Shown one piece after another: positions 25,095 through 38,759 of a DNA stretch of 64,000 nucleotides. Made by a program: the position numbers and the translations under genes. Origin of the DNA: Setoptus koraiensis (lineage: Eukaryota > Animalia > Arthropoda); the NCBI GenBank assembly GCA_048013815.1, contig CM106585.1, positions 5,456,001 to 5,520,000 on the forward strand. Direction: 5' to 3'. Every line of letters starts with the position of its first letter. Within the stretch, counting starts at the first letter, position 1. The notes under the pieces were generated by a model. That model had not been told where the DNA came from. It made no database searches and saw only the letters and a list, made by a program, of their open reading frames with translations.

Positions 25095-27353
25095 CCTGGC
25101 GCCTCACGCGCCGTGAGCGCCCTCCGTCTCGCCGCCGTCGATCTCGGCGCGCTGCTAAGCTCGGCGCTGCAGTTGTTGTTTCGTTGTTGCTGCAGTTGTT
25201 GCTGCAGTTGTTGCTGCAGTTGCTGCTGCTGTTGTTGTTGTCGTTGTTGCTGCTGTTGTTGTTGTCGCTGCGGCAGTTGTTGTTGATTTTGTCGTTGTTG
25301 TCGGTCGGCCGGGCCGGGCCGCGCCGCGCCGCCCGACCGTACACACAATAAACTAAACGCAATAAAATAAACGAGTGCTCGACAACGGATGAGCGGAGCC
25401 GCGAACTCAATGAGCAGTGACTAACATCCATGCACTTGTCGCAACCGAGCAAATGGAAAAGCCCGACAAGTGCACGGTGCGACTTTCACCTGACGCGCTG
25501 CTCACTTGATGACTTTGCACGCCAAACCGCTCTCGCCTTGCACCAAACGGAGCCGCACTAAACGGAGCTGCACCAAGCGGAGCTGCACCGAACGGAGCTG
25601 CACCTAACGGAGCCCATGCAAAGCGAGCCGAGCGAGCAAAGTTGCCCGTTGTCAAAGTGTGACTTTGGGGCCGCTCCGTTGCCACAAAGTCGCCAGCTCG
25701 ACAAACAACGGCTCGCCGATTGCGCAACTTGCGTTTAGGGGGCCGCAAAAAATTGCACCATCACTAAGTAAATATGTGCCGACAACAACAGACAGCGCGG
25801 TCGTTTGCGCCCCCGTTTGCGCCATCATCGGCCGCATCTGTGCGCTCTGCGCCACTCTGCGCCACTCGGCGCCACGAGATGATTTAGCGACAGGCGGACC
25901 TAGCGACTGGCGCAGCCAGCGACTAGACGATCCGGAGGCACGGAGCGAGGGCGCAGAGCGAGGGGCACAGAACGGAGGGCGCAGAACGAGGGGCCCGCGA
26001 CTGTCTCGCCTTGTTGCGCTCGGGGCTCGATCGAACGGCTCGATCGCTCAATTGCCCGGCCGCTCGTTTGACGGGCGCACACAAATGGCACCGCGCGACC
26101 GCGTCGGGCGCGAGGCGTATGCCGGGCGCCGGGGGTGGCCGACCGACAGCTCGGCGGCCCACAAACTGTCGCCGGGTCTGTCTACGGGCGGCTGCACCAT
26201 TAGCGCTAGCGACAAACGAGACGCGAATCACTTATGCGGCCCATATTCATGCATGGGGTTACACATTGAGGGCCGCACTGCAAAATCGCGCAACATTGTC
26301 TCGACAAATGATGATTCATTGCGTCATAGCTTGTGTCACGTCAAGACGTTTTCGGCGCTTTAAACTGTGTGCTAAACTTGAGACTCTCACAAACTGTAAA
26401 ACACCTTGTTGTGATGTTCGGTTTGTGTGCACAATTGTTGTCAATGACGACGACTGTACTGACGCAATAATTTATCGCTAATAGACAAACGAAAGCGCCA
26501 AAAGCCGAGCAAATCCAGACACCCCAGCGGCATAATTAATTTGCGCGCGGCACAAGCCGCCGATGCTAATAAATAATGACGGCGCCCGGCGCTCACGGTT
26601 GCATAATGACACATAATAATAATGTGATGCTCGCTAATGATCGCCGCGTACGACATGATACGCAACGCAATGTGACGTAATCTGACGTAATGTGGTGCGC
26701 GATTGCGCCGCCAGTTGCCACAAGCGCGACATTATCGGCACAACCGATCGACTTGTGTCAGTGCGGCTGGCGGGGCAGCGTCACTGTCGCCACTCATGGC
26801 CGACTTGTCGGCCGAGAAACCGGGGCCCGCCGACCGGAAGTGCGGCCGACCCGATGCACGGCCAACCGGAAGCAGACGGGCAGCGCGAAACGCAGACCGA
26901 GAACAAAACAAAGCGCGTCACAGGTGCACGCTGAAAGGGCCGAGAGAGGGCGCACAGCGAGCGAATAACAAGTTGAACGGGTTTAGACGGGCGTAGAGTT
27001 AGCTTTTTAGTGTGATTTTGGTTTGACAGTTATTTGTGTCGGCGCAATACGCCAGTCGCGTTGGTGTGTAAACCTCACCACTAACAAGATTTTAGCTTGT
27101 AAGATTTGTCCGCTAGGTGACGGTGAAAACAGAAAAAAAAACGGCCGCTCCGATGCGGCAAATATGATGAATGGTGAGTGAAGCGTCGGAATGACCGGAT
27201 AAAACTAGATTTTGTCCGGCCAACTTGTTAGCCATTGCTGAAATAGGCGATAGGGGGCGCGTCGTCGGTTGTGTGCAATTGATCCCTGTGTATCAAGTGT
27301 GTGTGTGCCATTAGGCGCCTGTCACTAATGGTGTTAGTGTGTCACTAATGTGG

Positions 27354-28250
27354 TCACTTGTTGTCTGGCGGCTTGTCGGCTAGGCGGCGCTGCTCTAATT
27401 CGCGTTTGTAATTGGTCAAGAAAATATCACAATATTTTGGTGGCTCCTCCAGCTGCTGATAGAGGTCGCTGGTGGCGGCGCCGCTGAATGTGTCCTGCTG
27501 CAATTGTTTGGCATTCAGCGTCACAAACTGGGCACCGGCCGTTGTTGTGTTTGCAGTGGTTGTTGTTGTGGTTGTTGGGGTTGTTGGGTTGGTTGTGGTG
27601 GCGCTGCTGTTGCTGCAATATCCGGCCGGCCACAAGTGACAAGTGGCCTGGCTGGCCATGTGACTAGTGCTACTTCCGGCGTTGCAAGGATGCAACAGGA
27701 GCCAGGCGAGCGGACTCTTGGTGAGCGCCTCATCGTAATTGGGCGGCTTGTCCTCCATTGAGAACGATATGGAGCATATGCTTGGCGTTCTTGCCAGTCG
27801 GCGGTTGCCAGCTGCTTGTTGGCCCACTTCCGGTGCAGCAAGTTGACTAGCGTTTATGTGGTTATTATTGTTTGTTGTTGCACCATTATTGGCGGCATGG
27901 TGCAAGCTGCGATGATGCTGCTGCTGCTGCTGGTGAGTGCGGCGCAAATTAATTCTAAACTCGTTTGCGGTGGCCTGTAAATGCTGATTCAGATCGAGCT
28001 GACCGTTGTGGCCGGAGTCGAGCGGGTCGCTATAGTCGGTGTCGTCATAGTTGGTGTTGTTGTTCTTGAATTTTCGCTCTTGCAACAGCCACACAACGCT
28101 CAATAGGAGACACGATGTGGTGAAGCCAAACAAAACGGACAAAAACGCTTTCACTTCGTTCAAAAGCAATGTATTTAAATGGCTACTACACAGACCGAGC
28201 GCGATCAATACGTAGGCTAAAACAATTGCACTTGTCCATGTCAGATTCAT
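27354..28250 (-). CDS. nested single-exon gene: predicted membrane protein (N-terminal hydrophobic segment, TM helix, cytoplasmic tail with PPNY and PPKY motifs), 298 aa
   Basis: In-frame TAG upstream of ATG, with A at -3. Hydrophobic segments SAIVLAYVLIALGLCS and FLSVLFGFTTSCLLLSVVWLL are followed by basic QERKFK. PY motifs are EDKPPNYDEAL and EEPPKYCDIF. The ORF has its own TGA. Confidence 0.68.
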   Translation of the reverse strand: MNLTWTSAIVLAYVLIALGLCSSHLNTLLLNEVKAFLSVLFGFTTSCLLLSVVWLLQERKFKNNNTNYDDTDYSDPLDSGHNGQLDLNQHLQATANEFRINLRRTHQQQQQHHRSLHHAANNGATTNNNNHINASQLAAPEVGQQAAGNRRLARTPSICSISFSMEDKPPNYDEALTKSPLAWLLLHPCNAGSSTSHMASQATCHLWPAGYCSNSSATTTNPTTPTTTTTTTANTTTAGAQFVTLNAKQLQQDTFSGAATSDLYQQLEEPPKYCDIFLTNYKRELEQRRLADKPPDNK

Positions 28251-29096
28251 TATCCGCTACTGGGCCAACACTGAGCAAACTCGCCATAAACCGATCGGCC
28301 CCGACAGGCATTTGTCGCTGTTGTCGCTGTTGTTGTTCAGTGTTGTTCAGTGTTGTTGTTGCTGCTGTTGTTGTTGCTGTTCAATGTCGCTGTTGTTGCT
28401 GTTCAGTGTCGCTGTTGTTGTTGTTCAGTGTCGCTGTTGTTGCTGTTCAGGGTCGCTGTTGTTGTTGTTCAGTGTTGTTGTTGTTGCCGAACACCGACGG
28501 GTCTATCGATCAATTGGCTGCTCTCGATTAATTGCAAATCTCATCTGTTTGCCGAGCGCACAGATTTTCAGCGTCTGACAATTTATTCATTATCGCCACT
28601 TTATTATCATGCACACGGTGCATCATGAGCCGTGTGGTTATAGGCAGCGCGCACAAACGAACGTCGGCTGCTAATTAGTTGGCAGTTGGCAAATATCGCC
28701 CGTCGTCGTTCGTCCGCCCGCAAACCACAGCGCCAACAACCGCCGAGCAACAACCGCCGAGCAACAACCGCCGAGCAACAACCGCCGAGCAACAACAGCC
28801 AAATCACAGCAGAGCAAGCATGAGATGACGTTGCACGTTGGGAAAATCAGCGTAACTCGCTGCTAGTAACATAATCGCTCGGCTAATGCCGCACTAATGA
28901 CATGGATTACATCATTGAAATAATTGTAAATGATTATACAATTGTATCACACAATTTCTATGCACGCCAGCCAGCCAGCCAGCCAACTGTGTGCCCATTC
29001 GCGTACAGTGCGCAGTTGCCAACATGATGTCGATTAACGTCGAGCCGGCAGATATTTCGTGTTACGCCGCTCTCGCCGCCAGGTACACACACACAC

Positions 29097-29251
29097 ATTA
29101 CATAATGTTGGCTGTTACATAATGAAGCTGCGATCAGTGCTGCTGTCACATGCAACTTGAGCCGTCTGCTGGTTGCTGCACGATGCAACAATGATAAATT
29201 GCTCTGCTCATAATTATTACAACTAACGCGATTATTATTACATTATGTAAC
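29097..29251. promoter_or_regulatory. cluster of three PAR-bZIP-type sites upstream of the nested membrane-protein ORF
   Basis: ATTACATAAT at 29097, GTTACATAAT at 29114 and ATTATGTAAC at 29242. Confidence 0.45.
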
Positions 29252-30191
29252 AATTATTATTATTATTACTATTATAGTTATTGCCATCATTATTATTACT
29301 ATTGCCATTATTGCCATTATTGTGCGCCGATGACCATGAGCGCGTTGCATGCTGTTGTCTTGTTGACTCTGTCTATTACTTGTTGGTATTAGGTGCGATA
29401 TGGCTACACCGAGATACGGCCATCGAAGCCATCGAAACGCGCACTCAAAAAAGTCACTCTAAATCTAAATTAGCAGTGAGTGTCTAATGAGCAGTGTGAC
29501 AGCCAATTAGTAGCTACTGATGATTGGCGCCGATTGGCAACGGCACCAATGATGCCAGTTACCATTAACAGTGCACGTTGTTGTTGGCAATGGCAACAGC
29601 GCGATAACAACAACAACACATCTTACGTAATAGGCACCCTAATCGCCAGTAAGCCCTGGCCTCAGCTCGCACGCTGAGTGCAGCGTTTATTGCGAGCGAG
29701 CTGCAATCATTATGACAAATTAAGATAAATAAGACAAATGAGGATAAACAATCATCGCGATGCAGCTACCACCGAACAACAGAACAAGCCCACACAAGTC
29801 GCCGGCTGACAACAACAACGACCACAGCGACGACGACGACAACATCGACGACGACAGCAACAACAACGACAAACAGCAACAACAACGACAAACAGCAACA
29901 ACAATACGTCACGTTGCGCAATAGCTCATTAGCGACGCTGTCGTAATTGTTTGTCGACGATACCGGCCGGCGATGTTGCTGTCAGTGGCCTGCGCGTAAC
30001 GTGCACGAATGTCTAAATTGCAATTGTCAACATGCCGCCATTTAGACACAAATGGATCGAATTTATCGTTGCCGTGATAATAAAAAACAAATTGAATTGG
30101 CCGGAAATCAATCAACTGGGCGCGCGACGTAGCGTCGATTTGCGGATATCCGACGGGCTGATTTCATTCTGGCAGAGCTATAAATAGACAC

Positions 30192-30249
30192 ATCGCATAA
30201 ATATCGCATAAATATCGCATAAATATCGCATAAATATCGCATAAATATC
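30192..30249. repeat. 11-bp tandem repeat (AAATATCGCAT), ~5 copies
   Basis: Direct tandem units. Confidence 0.9.
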
Positions 30250-32225
30250 ACACAACTAAATCAGCGCGCCATCTGAACAATCGGCTCAATCGGCTGGCTG
30301 ATCGGCACATCGGCACGCGGCGACGGCGTGCGATAAAGTTGGTTTTACTGTGTGGCGCGCAGGTAACTAATTACTTAATTACTAATTAACTTTGCCACAA
30401 ACAACACAATGGACACAACAGCTGACAAAGGAAATCACTGCATGTGTTTGTGTTATTGCAAGCGCAACACAAAATCAACATCAACAACAGCAGAACAAAA
30501 TTGATTGATTGCACAACAAATCTCACACAGCGAGCTAAATTCTGGCCCAATTCAGAGGCCCCATTCTGGCTGACAATTGTGACCGGCCGTGTTGCCGGCT
30601 ATCACGTGAATTAATCAATGGACCACCAGCAATTATTGCTGGCATTTGCTGAGCCAAAATGGCAAACAAATAGGCCGCTACATGCGTGGGCGTACAGTGT
30701 GCAGGGCCGCACAGTAGTGACTGATTGGCCAGAGATTAGGTCTTGACATTGGTGTCCGTTGGGCGCCGCGAAAAACACCGCCCATCGATTGATGCGATTA
30801 ATCTCATTGTTCGTCTGTCTTATTGTTGCACTGGCTTCGTTTGGCGTTGCTGCTGGCCAATCTGATCGTCGAGCTCGTCGCTGCCCTCACATAACCAGCG
30901 TCCAATAACCCGTTTTACCTGTGTGTCAGCCGTCGGTATTTGGTCAGTCATTTTGTAACATGATCGCGGCGTTATATACCAAGACGGGAAAAAGCTATAT
31001 GATATGTTGTCAGCAGTCTGTTACGTAATTATTATTGCGTTGCGAGCATAGTGGCATAAAGCGTGTGACATAAACAACTAACGCAATTTGGGCGCCACTT
31101 TTAATTAGAAAGATAAAATTAGAAAGCTGACAACTGCCCGTTATATATACATATACTATTTATAACAATATTGCAGCCTTAATGGCCCACAGCGGGCCCC
31201 AATTTCCGGCGCGGCTCGCTGTCTGCAGGCACCATCGACCTGCTAACTGGCGACTGGCAACTGGCAACTGGTAAGCGTAACTTTAGCTCACGAGCTGTCC
31301 TAATTGTGTGAGAGCTAGTGACCAAACGACCAAGCGAACAACTGTGACGTAACAGTTGCGTGGTTTAAATGATACACATGTTACACGTGCAATCCGTTAT
31401 TCGTTGCATTCCCGTCGGCTTGCGATCGCGCCCAACCAGATGGCGCCACACACTCGCATTGTCGACAGTCACTGTCGGACAGTGTCGGTTGCCGCAACGG
31501 CCTCGCCATTTTGCCGAGGCCTCAATCCGTTTGTTGCGCAACATTTGCGCCTCATTTAATGGGGTCGCTCGTTTGAGCGAAATTGCTTGCGTATGCGAAC
31601 AACATTTTTTCCTTGGTGAATTTGACTCAATTTGATAATGGCGACAAACAAAACAATCTCGCTAGCCGCTCGAGCGACCGATCTCGCCCGATCGAGCCGG
31701 CGAAAAACAAGCAAAGTGTCGCTTTTCTGTCGGCGACGAGCCTCTCAATATCACGTGCCTGGTATCATGGTATTTTGGTATTTTGATATTTTGGTATTTT
31801 GGTATTTTGGTATTTTGGTGGGGCCGATTCGTTTGTTTGCGAATCGGCGACAAGTTGTTGTGTTACTCAAGTATTGCTTTCTGTGATCATTGGCGCCCGA
31901 TAGAGGCCAATGAAACAAATATCATGTAAATAAAAATATACCCTGTAAATATTATACCCTGACTTTGGCTAATTCAAGGCCACATGAGCGCCATCTGTCG
32001 GCGCGAAATGAAGTGCGCCGGGGCCCCAGTGGGGCGGCCGGCCACCATGTGACCGAATGAAGAATTGCATGCAGAAACAACCGGCTGTCAACTGTCACCG
32101 TTGACACTGTCACCGTTGACGGCAGCTGCTTGTAATTGGCCGGTGACAGTTGGCGACAAGTGGCAATAATGAAAAAAAAAATTGGGGCCAGATATGAGAG
32201 ATAATTCAATTTTGGGTTCACTTAC

Positions 32226-32414
32226 CATTCGCTTCCTATTGAGGAGTGGCGCGATACGGTCTTTGGCGATGTCTCAAAATCGTTGTCGCTTCTGTAAAGG
32301 AATGACTCGCGCCTCGTCTGTGGCTCGCGCAATATCAATCCGGTGGAGGGACTTCCTGTTGCGTCGAGCATGTTTGCTCTGTTTTGTTGATTGTGCGGAT
32401 TATCACTGTCCAAG
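32226..32414 (-). CDS. dnc: PDE4/dunce internal exon encoding N-terminal UCR1 with the PKA site (LDSDN...SPSTGLILREPQTRRESFLYRSDNDFETSPKTVSRHSSIGSE)
   Basis: Close match to the PDE4 consensus FDVxNG...SPxxGLxL...RRESFLYRSDSDxxxSPKxMSRNSS. Acceptor ...accgcag|C at 32414 and donor TG|GTAAG at 32226. Length 189 nt, phase 2-2. The polypyrimidine tract is weak. Confidence 0.93.
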
Positions 32415-33727
32415 CTGCGGTTGCGGTTGCGGTTGGCACACACCAAATTGTAAATATAAGTATATATAAATATAAATATGTAATCGTCAATCATTTCACG
32501 TATTAGTGCGTGCATCATTTGCATAATTGTTTGTGTTGTGTCCATCATTATTGTTGCGCAAGTTGGTTGGCGCGATTTATTTTGCGCGGCGAGGCCCCAA
32601 ACGCGTAATAACGATAATAACGGTTGAACAGCGCCGATAATGACGGTTGAACAACAACAGTTGAAAACACGGGACAAAAGAGAGGGCAAACAGATTAGAT
32701 TGGATCGGATCGCATTAATCGTTGATTAGCTATTGTGCGCGGCTGCCGCGATATGTCTCGACAACTAATTTATGGGCTCCGTTCTCGTCGTGTGAATCGC
32801 CCAACGGAACTGGCAAGATTGCAAATCAAAGGGAACGAAGCGAATTCGCATTTACATTTTCGCGCAAATTTGCCAGCAGCCATTCAGTGCAATCAAATAG
32901 GAGTAGAAATAGAAATTACAATGCCGACTCGCCAAGCGGCCATTCGCTAAAATACAAATTGACTGTTTTAAATTAAGCCTGGCGGCTTCAGCCATGTGTA
33001 AGAACAACATTACTCAGATTGACAGCTCAACTGACATGTTGTGCTGCTGCTGCCAGCGGCCCCTGTCGGTGGCTGGCTCCACCGATGGGTGACCTAATCG
33101 GCGGACACGAATCGGGATGAGTCGCCAGGGCTGTCGCAATCGGCTTGCGACAACTAGATGCGGTAGCTCGGGCAAAAAGCGCCCCAAGATGATGCGCTTT
33201 TGGTAGCCAATCTTGAGCTAGGGCAATGCCCAAATGAAAAATGAACGCTGCCATTTTCCGGCCCGACAGTTGACCGGCCGCTCAACTCGGGCCGGCCGAA
33301 AAGGGGTGCTCGCAAAGCGTTTAGGCAAGCATGTCGGCTCGTGCAACTGATCGTGCAACTGATCGTGCAATTGATCGTGCAGTTTAGCTCGCGAGGCGAT
33401 CATCGCGCGAGCTGGCCGTGACAATATCTTAAAAAAAATAATTTGAATATCCCTACTGCTGGCGCCGTATTGGCCGATGCGAATTTTGCTGCTGTTGGCA
33501 CACAACAAAACAATTGACAACAATTGAATTATCAATCGTTAAATTGTCCAATTCTGAGCGATTTGAATTGTGCGATTGTGTCGCGCGGACCGACGCATCG
33601 GGGGCCCGATCAGGCGACAAGCGCAAAAAGAAAACATGTCGCTGAGGCCGGAAATAAGTGTCGATAAGTATGACACCATTTAGGTAAAACGGTCGGCCCG
33701 AACTGTCAGCGCCGGTGAATTCATTAC

Positions 33728-34479
33728 CCTAATTGTAGTCGCAAGGTGTGATGAGTCAATTTTCGCACAGGTAAAGAATTTTGTTGTTGACTAGGCGACG
33801 GTTGTTGCACGTGAGCGCATATCGTGGGCGTTGGCGATGACGTGGGCGAGGTTATTGTGAGCTTGCCAACGAGCTTGGTGGCTGTGGTTGCGGTTGTTGT
33901 GGTTGTTGCGGTTGTTGGTGGTGTTGTTGTTGAGCTCGACGACGAGTCCATTGGCGACTCGTGTTTCTGTTTCAGCTTCAGCATCAATTGTTGCGACTTT
34001 TGATGCTGTTGTTGCTGTTGCTGCTGATGCTGCAAATCGAGCTGCATCTGGCCGCTCTGACCGGAAGTTGGTGCGCACGTGGTCAGCTGAGTGCGCGGCT
34101 GTTGCAGTTGTTGTTGTGTCAGTGGTTGTTGTTGTGGTGGTTGCTTTTGCTGTTGATGGAGTTGTTGTTGTTGTTGCTGTTGCTGACAGGTTGAACTGGC
34201 GTAACTGAATATTGATGGGCGCTGCTGGGCCCGCTCGAGCTGGCCCGTCGCCGCACAAGTCGCTGCACAAGTCGCCGCACAAGTCGCCGCACAAGTCGAC
34301 CCCAGCAGACCGCTGCCGCAAGTGGGCGGCGCTCCCGTGGCGGGCGGCAAAAAAGCCGCGCTCGCCCGGGGTGACGTAACTCGGGGCACCCTGCCCAGTA
34401 TAATGGGCGATCGTGCACCCTGCGCGGCTTGCGGTGCCGGCGACTGTTGCGGGTTGGCGCCTTGCTGCTGCATGGTCAT
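33728..34479 (-). CDS. dnc: dunce alternative first coding exon B (250 codons, Q/T/S/P-rich, ends ...VRKLTHHTLRLQLG)
   Basis: In-frame TAA upstream and first ATG at 34479. The ORF ends in donor GG|GTAATG (phase 2), 1.3 kb upstream of the phase-2 acceptor at 32414. Confidence 0.72.
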
Positions 34480-37400
34480 TGCTTGCAAGTCATCTGATTA
34501 GGGCGCTAATTTTGCGCGATGTCGCTCGCGTTGTTTGATTTGATATTTGACTGGTAACTCTTGTTTGTCGCTGCTCGATTTCACTGTTCAATTTTTATCT
34601 TTTTGATTCACTATTGCGGCCGATAACTGTCGTTGTTGTTGTTGTTGCAATTGTAACTGTTTCGATTCACTGTCATTTTTATCCGTTCGCTCGTTTATTT
34701 TCGGTTCGTTCGCTCGTTTGCTCGTTCGCTGGTTTATTCGTTCGCTGGTTTATTGGCTCATTCGCTGATTGGTTTATTGGCGCGGTAATTAGTGCGAACG
34801 GTACGGCGGTGTGAATCCCGCTAAAACAAACGTTTGAAACGCGCTCGAAATGCGACGAGCATGACGGCAAACGCGACGGCCGACACCAATTAAACTGATT
34901 GACAGCCGCCGCTGCCGCGTCTAGACACACTGCGCGCCGTATCTGTCACTGTCAGCCGATGCCTATTTGTGTGCCATTTGATGCCCGGCAAAACGCAATG
35001 ACAGAGCCAGCTCGCTGCGTGAGTTATGGGCTATGATGTGCGGCTGCAAATACGGCACGTTACGTTACGTTACGTAACAGCCAACTGACTACTAACAGGC
35101 TAACGTAACAGGCGCTTCGATTAGCGTTGATTTTGCGCTGATTTGCGTTGTCGCATCTTGTCGCTCATCCGTTCAATCGGCTGTGTTTCTGCTTCTAAAT
35201 TATTATTATTTTCGTATTATTCGCGTCGTATTATTCGCGTCGTATTATTCGTGTCGTGGCGCAGTTGGCTGGGCGCTCAATGTCGCCGGCGGGTGTTTAT
35301 CGCGATGCTGGCGCTGATCTCGTTTTGCGTAGCGGCGCGCTGGCCGATTATTCGCGCTTTTATGATAAAAGTTTTATTATTATGAGCAGTCGTCGCATAA
35401 CTTGTATCTTGACGTAACTTGTTCTCGCTCGGGCCGCCAACTCGGGCTGGTCGCTGCAATCGCGGCAGCGGCGCCGGCGCCGGCAAATCGGGCCGGCGAG
35501 CGATCAGCGACGGCACTGATCAGGCGCACAATTATGCTGATGTCGCAGTTATGTTGTCGTCGCAATTATGTGTCGCTGCGTCGGGCCGGTCGGGCGGACT
35601 CCGCCTCTCTCATTGTGTCGTCGTCGTCGTCGTCGTCGTGTCGTCGTCGTCGTGTCGTCGTCGTCGTGTCGTCGTCGCCGTGGCTGTCGGCGAATTTCTC
35701 ACGTTATTTAAGGTTACAAATTTCGGCGACACAATGACTCGCTTATTATTCAAACGCTCGCTTTGTTTTTGTTCTCGCTGGGCTCGCTCGGCGTCGCCGG
35801 ATTGTCTCGGCCGCGAGTTATCTGTGTCGCCGCCGAGACGCTCCACAAGCGCAGACCCGACAAACTCACACAGATAAACAAATTTTGTGTCGCGACTCGC
35901 GATTCGCGCGACAACTTTCGCTGCTGCGCTGACACTTGAGTGTGTCAGCCGGCGCGACAATTGCGAGGCCCGCAAGCTGCCAAGACGCAACCGTGGCCTG
36001 TCAGCGTCGCTCCAAATTGCTGGCCTCTCGTCGGCTTCTCGCGTCTGTTCTTCCGCCTGTTCGCGGCTTCTTCGCTTCTTCGTCGCTTCTTCGCTTGTTC
36101 GTCGCTTCCTCGGCGCTTGTTGGGCGCTTGTTCGTCGCTTGTTCGGCGCTTGTTCGCAAACTCGTTTGTTTGTTTGCGGGCAACTGCGCCCGCTAGGTGA
36201 AAGTCGCGGTTTGACGCGCGCCGCTCCGCTCTTGTCACTGTTACTCGCCCGACAAGCCAAGTGTCACCGATCACACACTCACCGACGCCGCTACTGGCTA
36301 CTGACGCAACTAGCCAGACAATTTTGGCGAGACACAAATAGCGCCCGGCCAGCCCGCACAGATGCCATTTGCATTTGGCCGGCCCGTACGGGCCGGGCCG
36401 GCGCGTTGCATGCGCGCAGCCAGCTCGTTTCGTCGGGCGCCCGCGGACGACGCAACCGGGCAGCCGGACAACAACAACCTAACGCAACTCGCGGCAATTC
36501 GGGCACCGCGCAGCCGCACACCAAACTGGCGCCCCAATTGGCGCTCGCGACGCCACACAATTGGCTTCTCGATTCATTTCATTGTGGTTGCTGCGCAATT
36601 GGCGCGACCGGCGCCCGAGCGACGGTGCCCGAGCGGCTGGCGCCCTAGCGACCGGGCCATCGGCACTCTGTCGGCACAGGGGACAGAGGCAAACAAGGGT
36701 TTGCGTCACTCGAGTCCGCCCCCAATTCGGGCCGCCGCCGACACTCCGTTCGGGCCGCCGCCGACGCCCAACTCGGGCCGACCCGTGTCGTGCGGGCGGC
36801 GAGCGGCCGCCGAGCAGCGCTGCGCCCCAAACGTCAGCGTCGGCTGGCTCCGATGACACGAGACAACGACGCCGGGCGCACAACCTTTCGGCAGCTCATA
36901 AGTCACCCGACAGACACACAAACGCCATCAATGCCAATACTATTGTGCGTACAGTTACATAATTGAAATATCGAGCCAATTTCCAGTGGCCGTTGAGTCG
37001 CCGGCGGAGTGGGCGACTGGCGCGCTGACAATGACAACTGGTCGCCGCAAATGGCTGCTGTCGGCCCGTCGGCCCGTAGGCTAGACTTTTGGCCCGGCAA
37101 ACAGCGCCGACCCGACGGACGCCGGCGACCGGGCCATCGGCGGCTTGATTGCCGGCGGAGAGTCGCTTGATTACGGGCGAGTCGGGCGAGCCGAGTGCAC
37201 CTCGGCTGCGAGTGCAATGAATAAAACGAATGGCTGAAAACAAAACAAACTAAATGGATTATCCTTATATTTATTGCAGCCATTATTATGCCGTGGCATT
37301 ATCATATTATGCCACTGCTGCCACCGGGCGCCGTCAGCTCGCCTGGCAGCCGCAATTATTTAGCTTATTTAGCTAGTTGTTGCTGGCTGTTGTTGGATTG

Positions 37401-38759
37401 CTGTAATATATAGCAGCGTATAGTGATATAGCAGCCGTCGACGGCATGTCAGTTGCGTAACATTTGGCACGGCACTCAAACAGAGACATAAATAGTTAGA
37501 TAAACACGAAATGAAACATGAATGAATTAGCCGATCGCGGCTGATTTATGTTTTCAGTTATTGTTTTTATTGGTTGCGCCATCGACGCCGCCGTCAGTGT
37601 CAGCAACCGAGTTGCGCAACCGACGCCAGCAACAACAATATGTCGACTTGCTCGCAAACTGCACAACAAACACCGCGAGCGGGGCCCGACGAGCAGCCCG
37701 ACAAGAGCAGCTCGACAAGAGCAGCTCGACAAGAGCAGCTCGACAAGAGTAGCTCGGCAAAAGCAGCTCGGCAAACAAGCTCGGGGCTCTTTGCGCCACC
37801 GATGATTGGTATTATCGGGATGGGCCGCTTTGTAAGTTGATCGAGACAACACAATGCGCGCCGTGGCAGCGGGGCGCCCCCAGCTCGCGACCAACTGGCA
37901 ACACAATGAAAAAACTGGCAACACAATGCCAAAAACTGGCAACAAGAGCGCCCATTTGGGTCGCATTTTCTCTCGATCTCGCTCTAGCCGTTCGCGAGCC
38001 GTTTGTATCTGGGGCGCATCCATTCAGTATCATATGGCTCACAGCAGAGTTTATATCTCGCTGGCCGGCTGGCCGGCTGACTGGCTCACCGACAGCGGTA
38101 GTTGGATATTCCGGTCACGACGATAATGAAGCCTAATGATGGCTAGTGGCGCCAACTAGCGACCACTGCCGCCCGCCGCCGCCCGCCATCGGGCCCCAGT
38201 GCGCAGCATGCAGCGCCGCTGGCAACGCGCCATAAGCCAGTGTCAACACACTGGCCAAGTGGCCACTTCCGTTTCTACTTTCGTCCCTCGCCAGCCAGAC
38301 GGTTAAACAATTGATGCGACCAGATTTGATTGTGTGCGCCGGCCCCACCGCTCGCCAAATGAAACTGCCAGCTTATGGCCGAAATTAATGGACTTGCGTG
38401 TGGCCCACGCTGCTGAGATTCACCGCACTTTCCAATCGCATCCACAACAGCAACAGCAGCAGCAACAACGACAGCAACAACAACAGCAACGACGACAACA
38501 ACAACAGCGGCAACAACAACAAATCACAACAAATCCAGTCGCATGATTCACGCACTTCCGCTCAAATTGGCTTAGTTGGCGCACGACGAGGACCACGCCA
38601 GCCCCTCCTAATCCCACTAAGACTTAATCGTGTCGGCCGACACACAGGTGACTCGCGCAATAGTCGCAATAGGCCTATTTGGCTAAATGGCAAGCTAAAT
38701 CAACACAACAACTGACATGTTTATTGAGGCAACTTGAGCACCACCTATGCGCGCCCGTG

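Noticed and set aside
28213-28228. AATTGCACTTGTCC resembling miR-92
   Set aside because: The match stops at about 14 nt, there is no hairpin, and it lies within the nested CDS.
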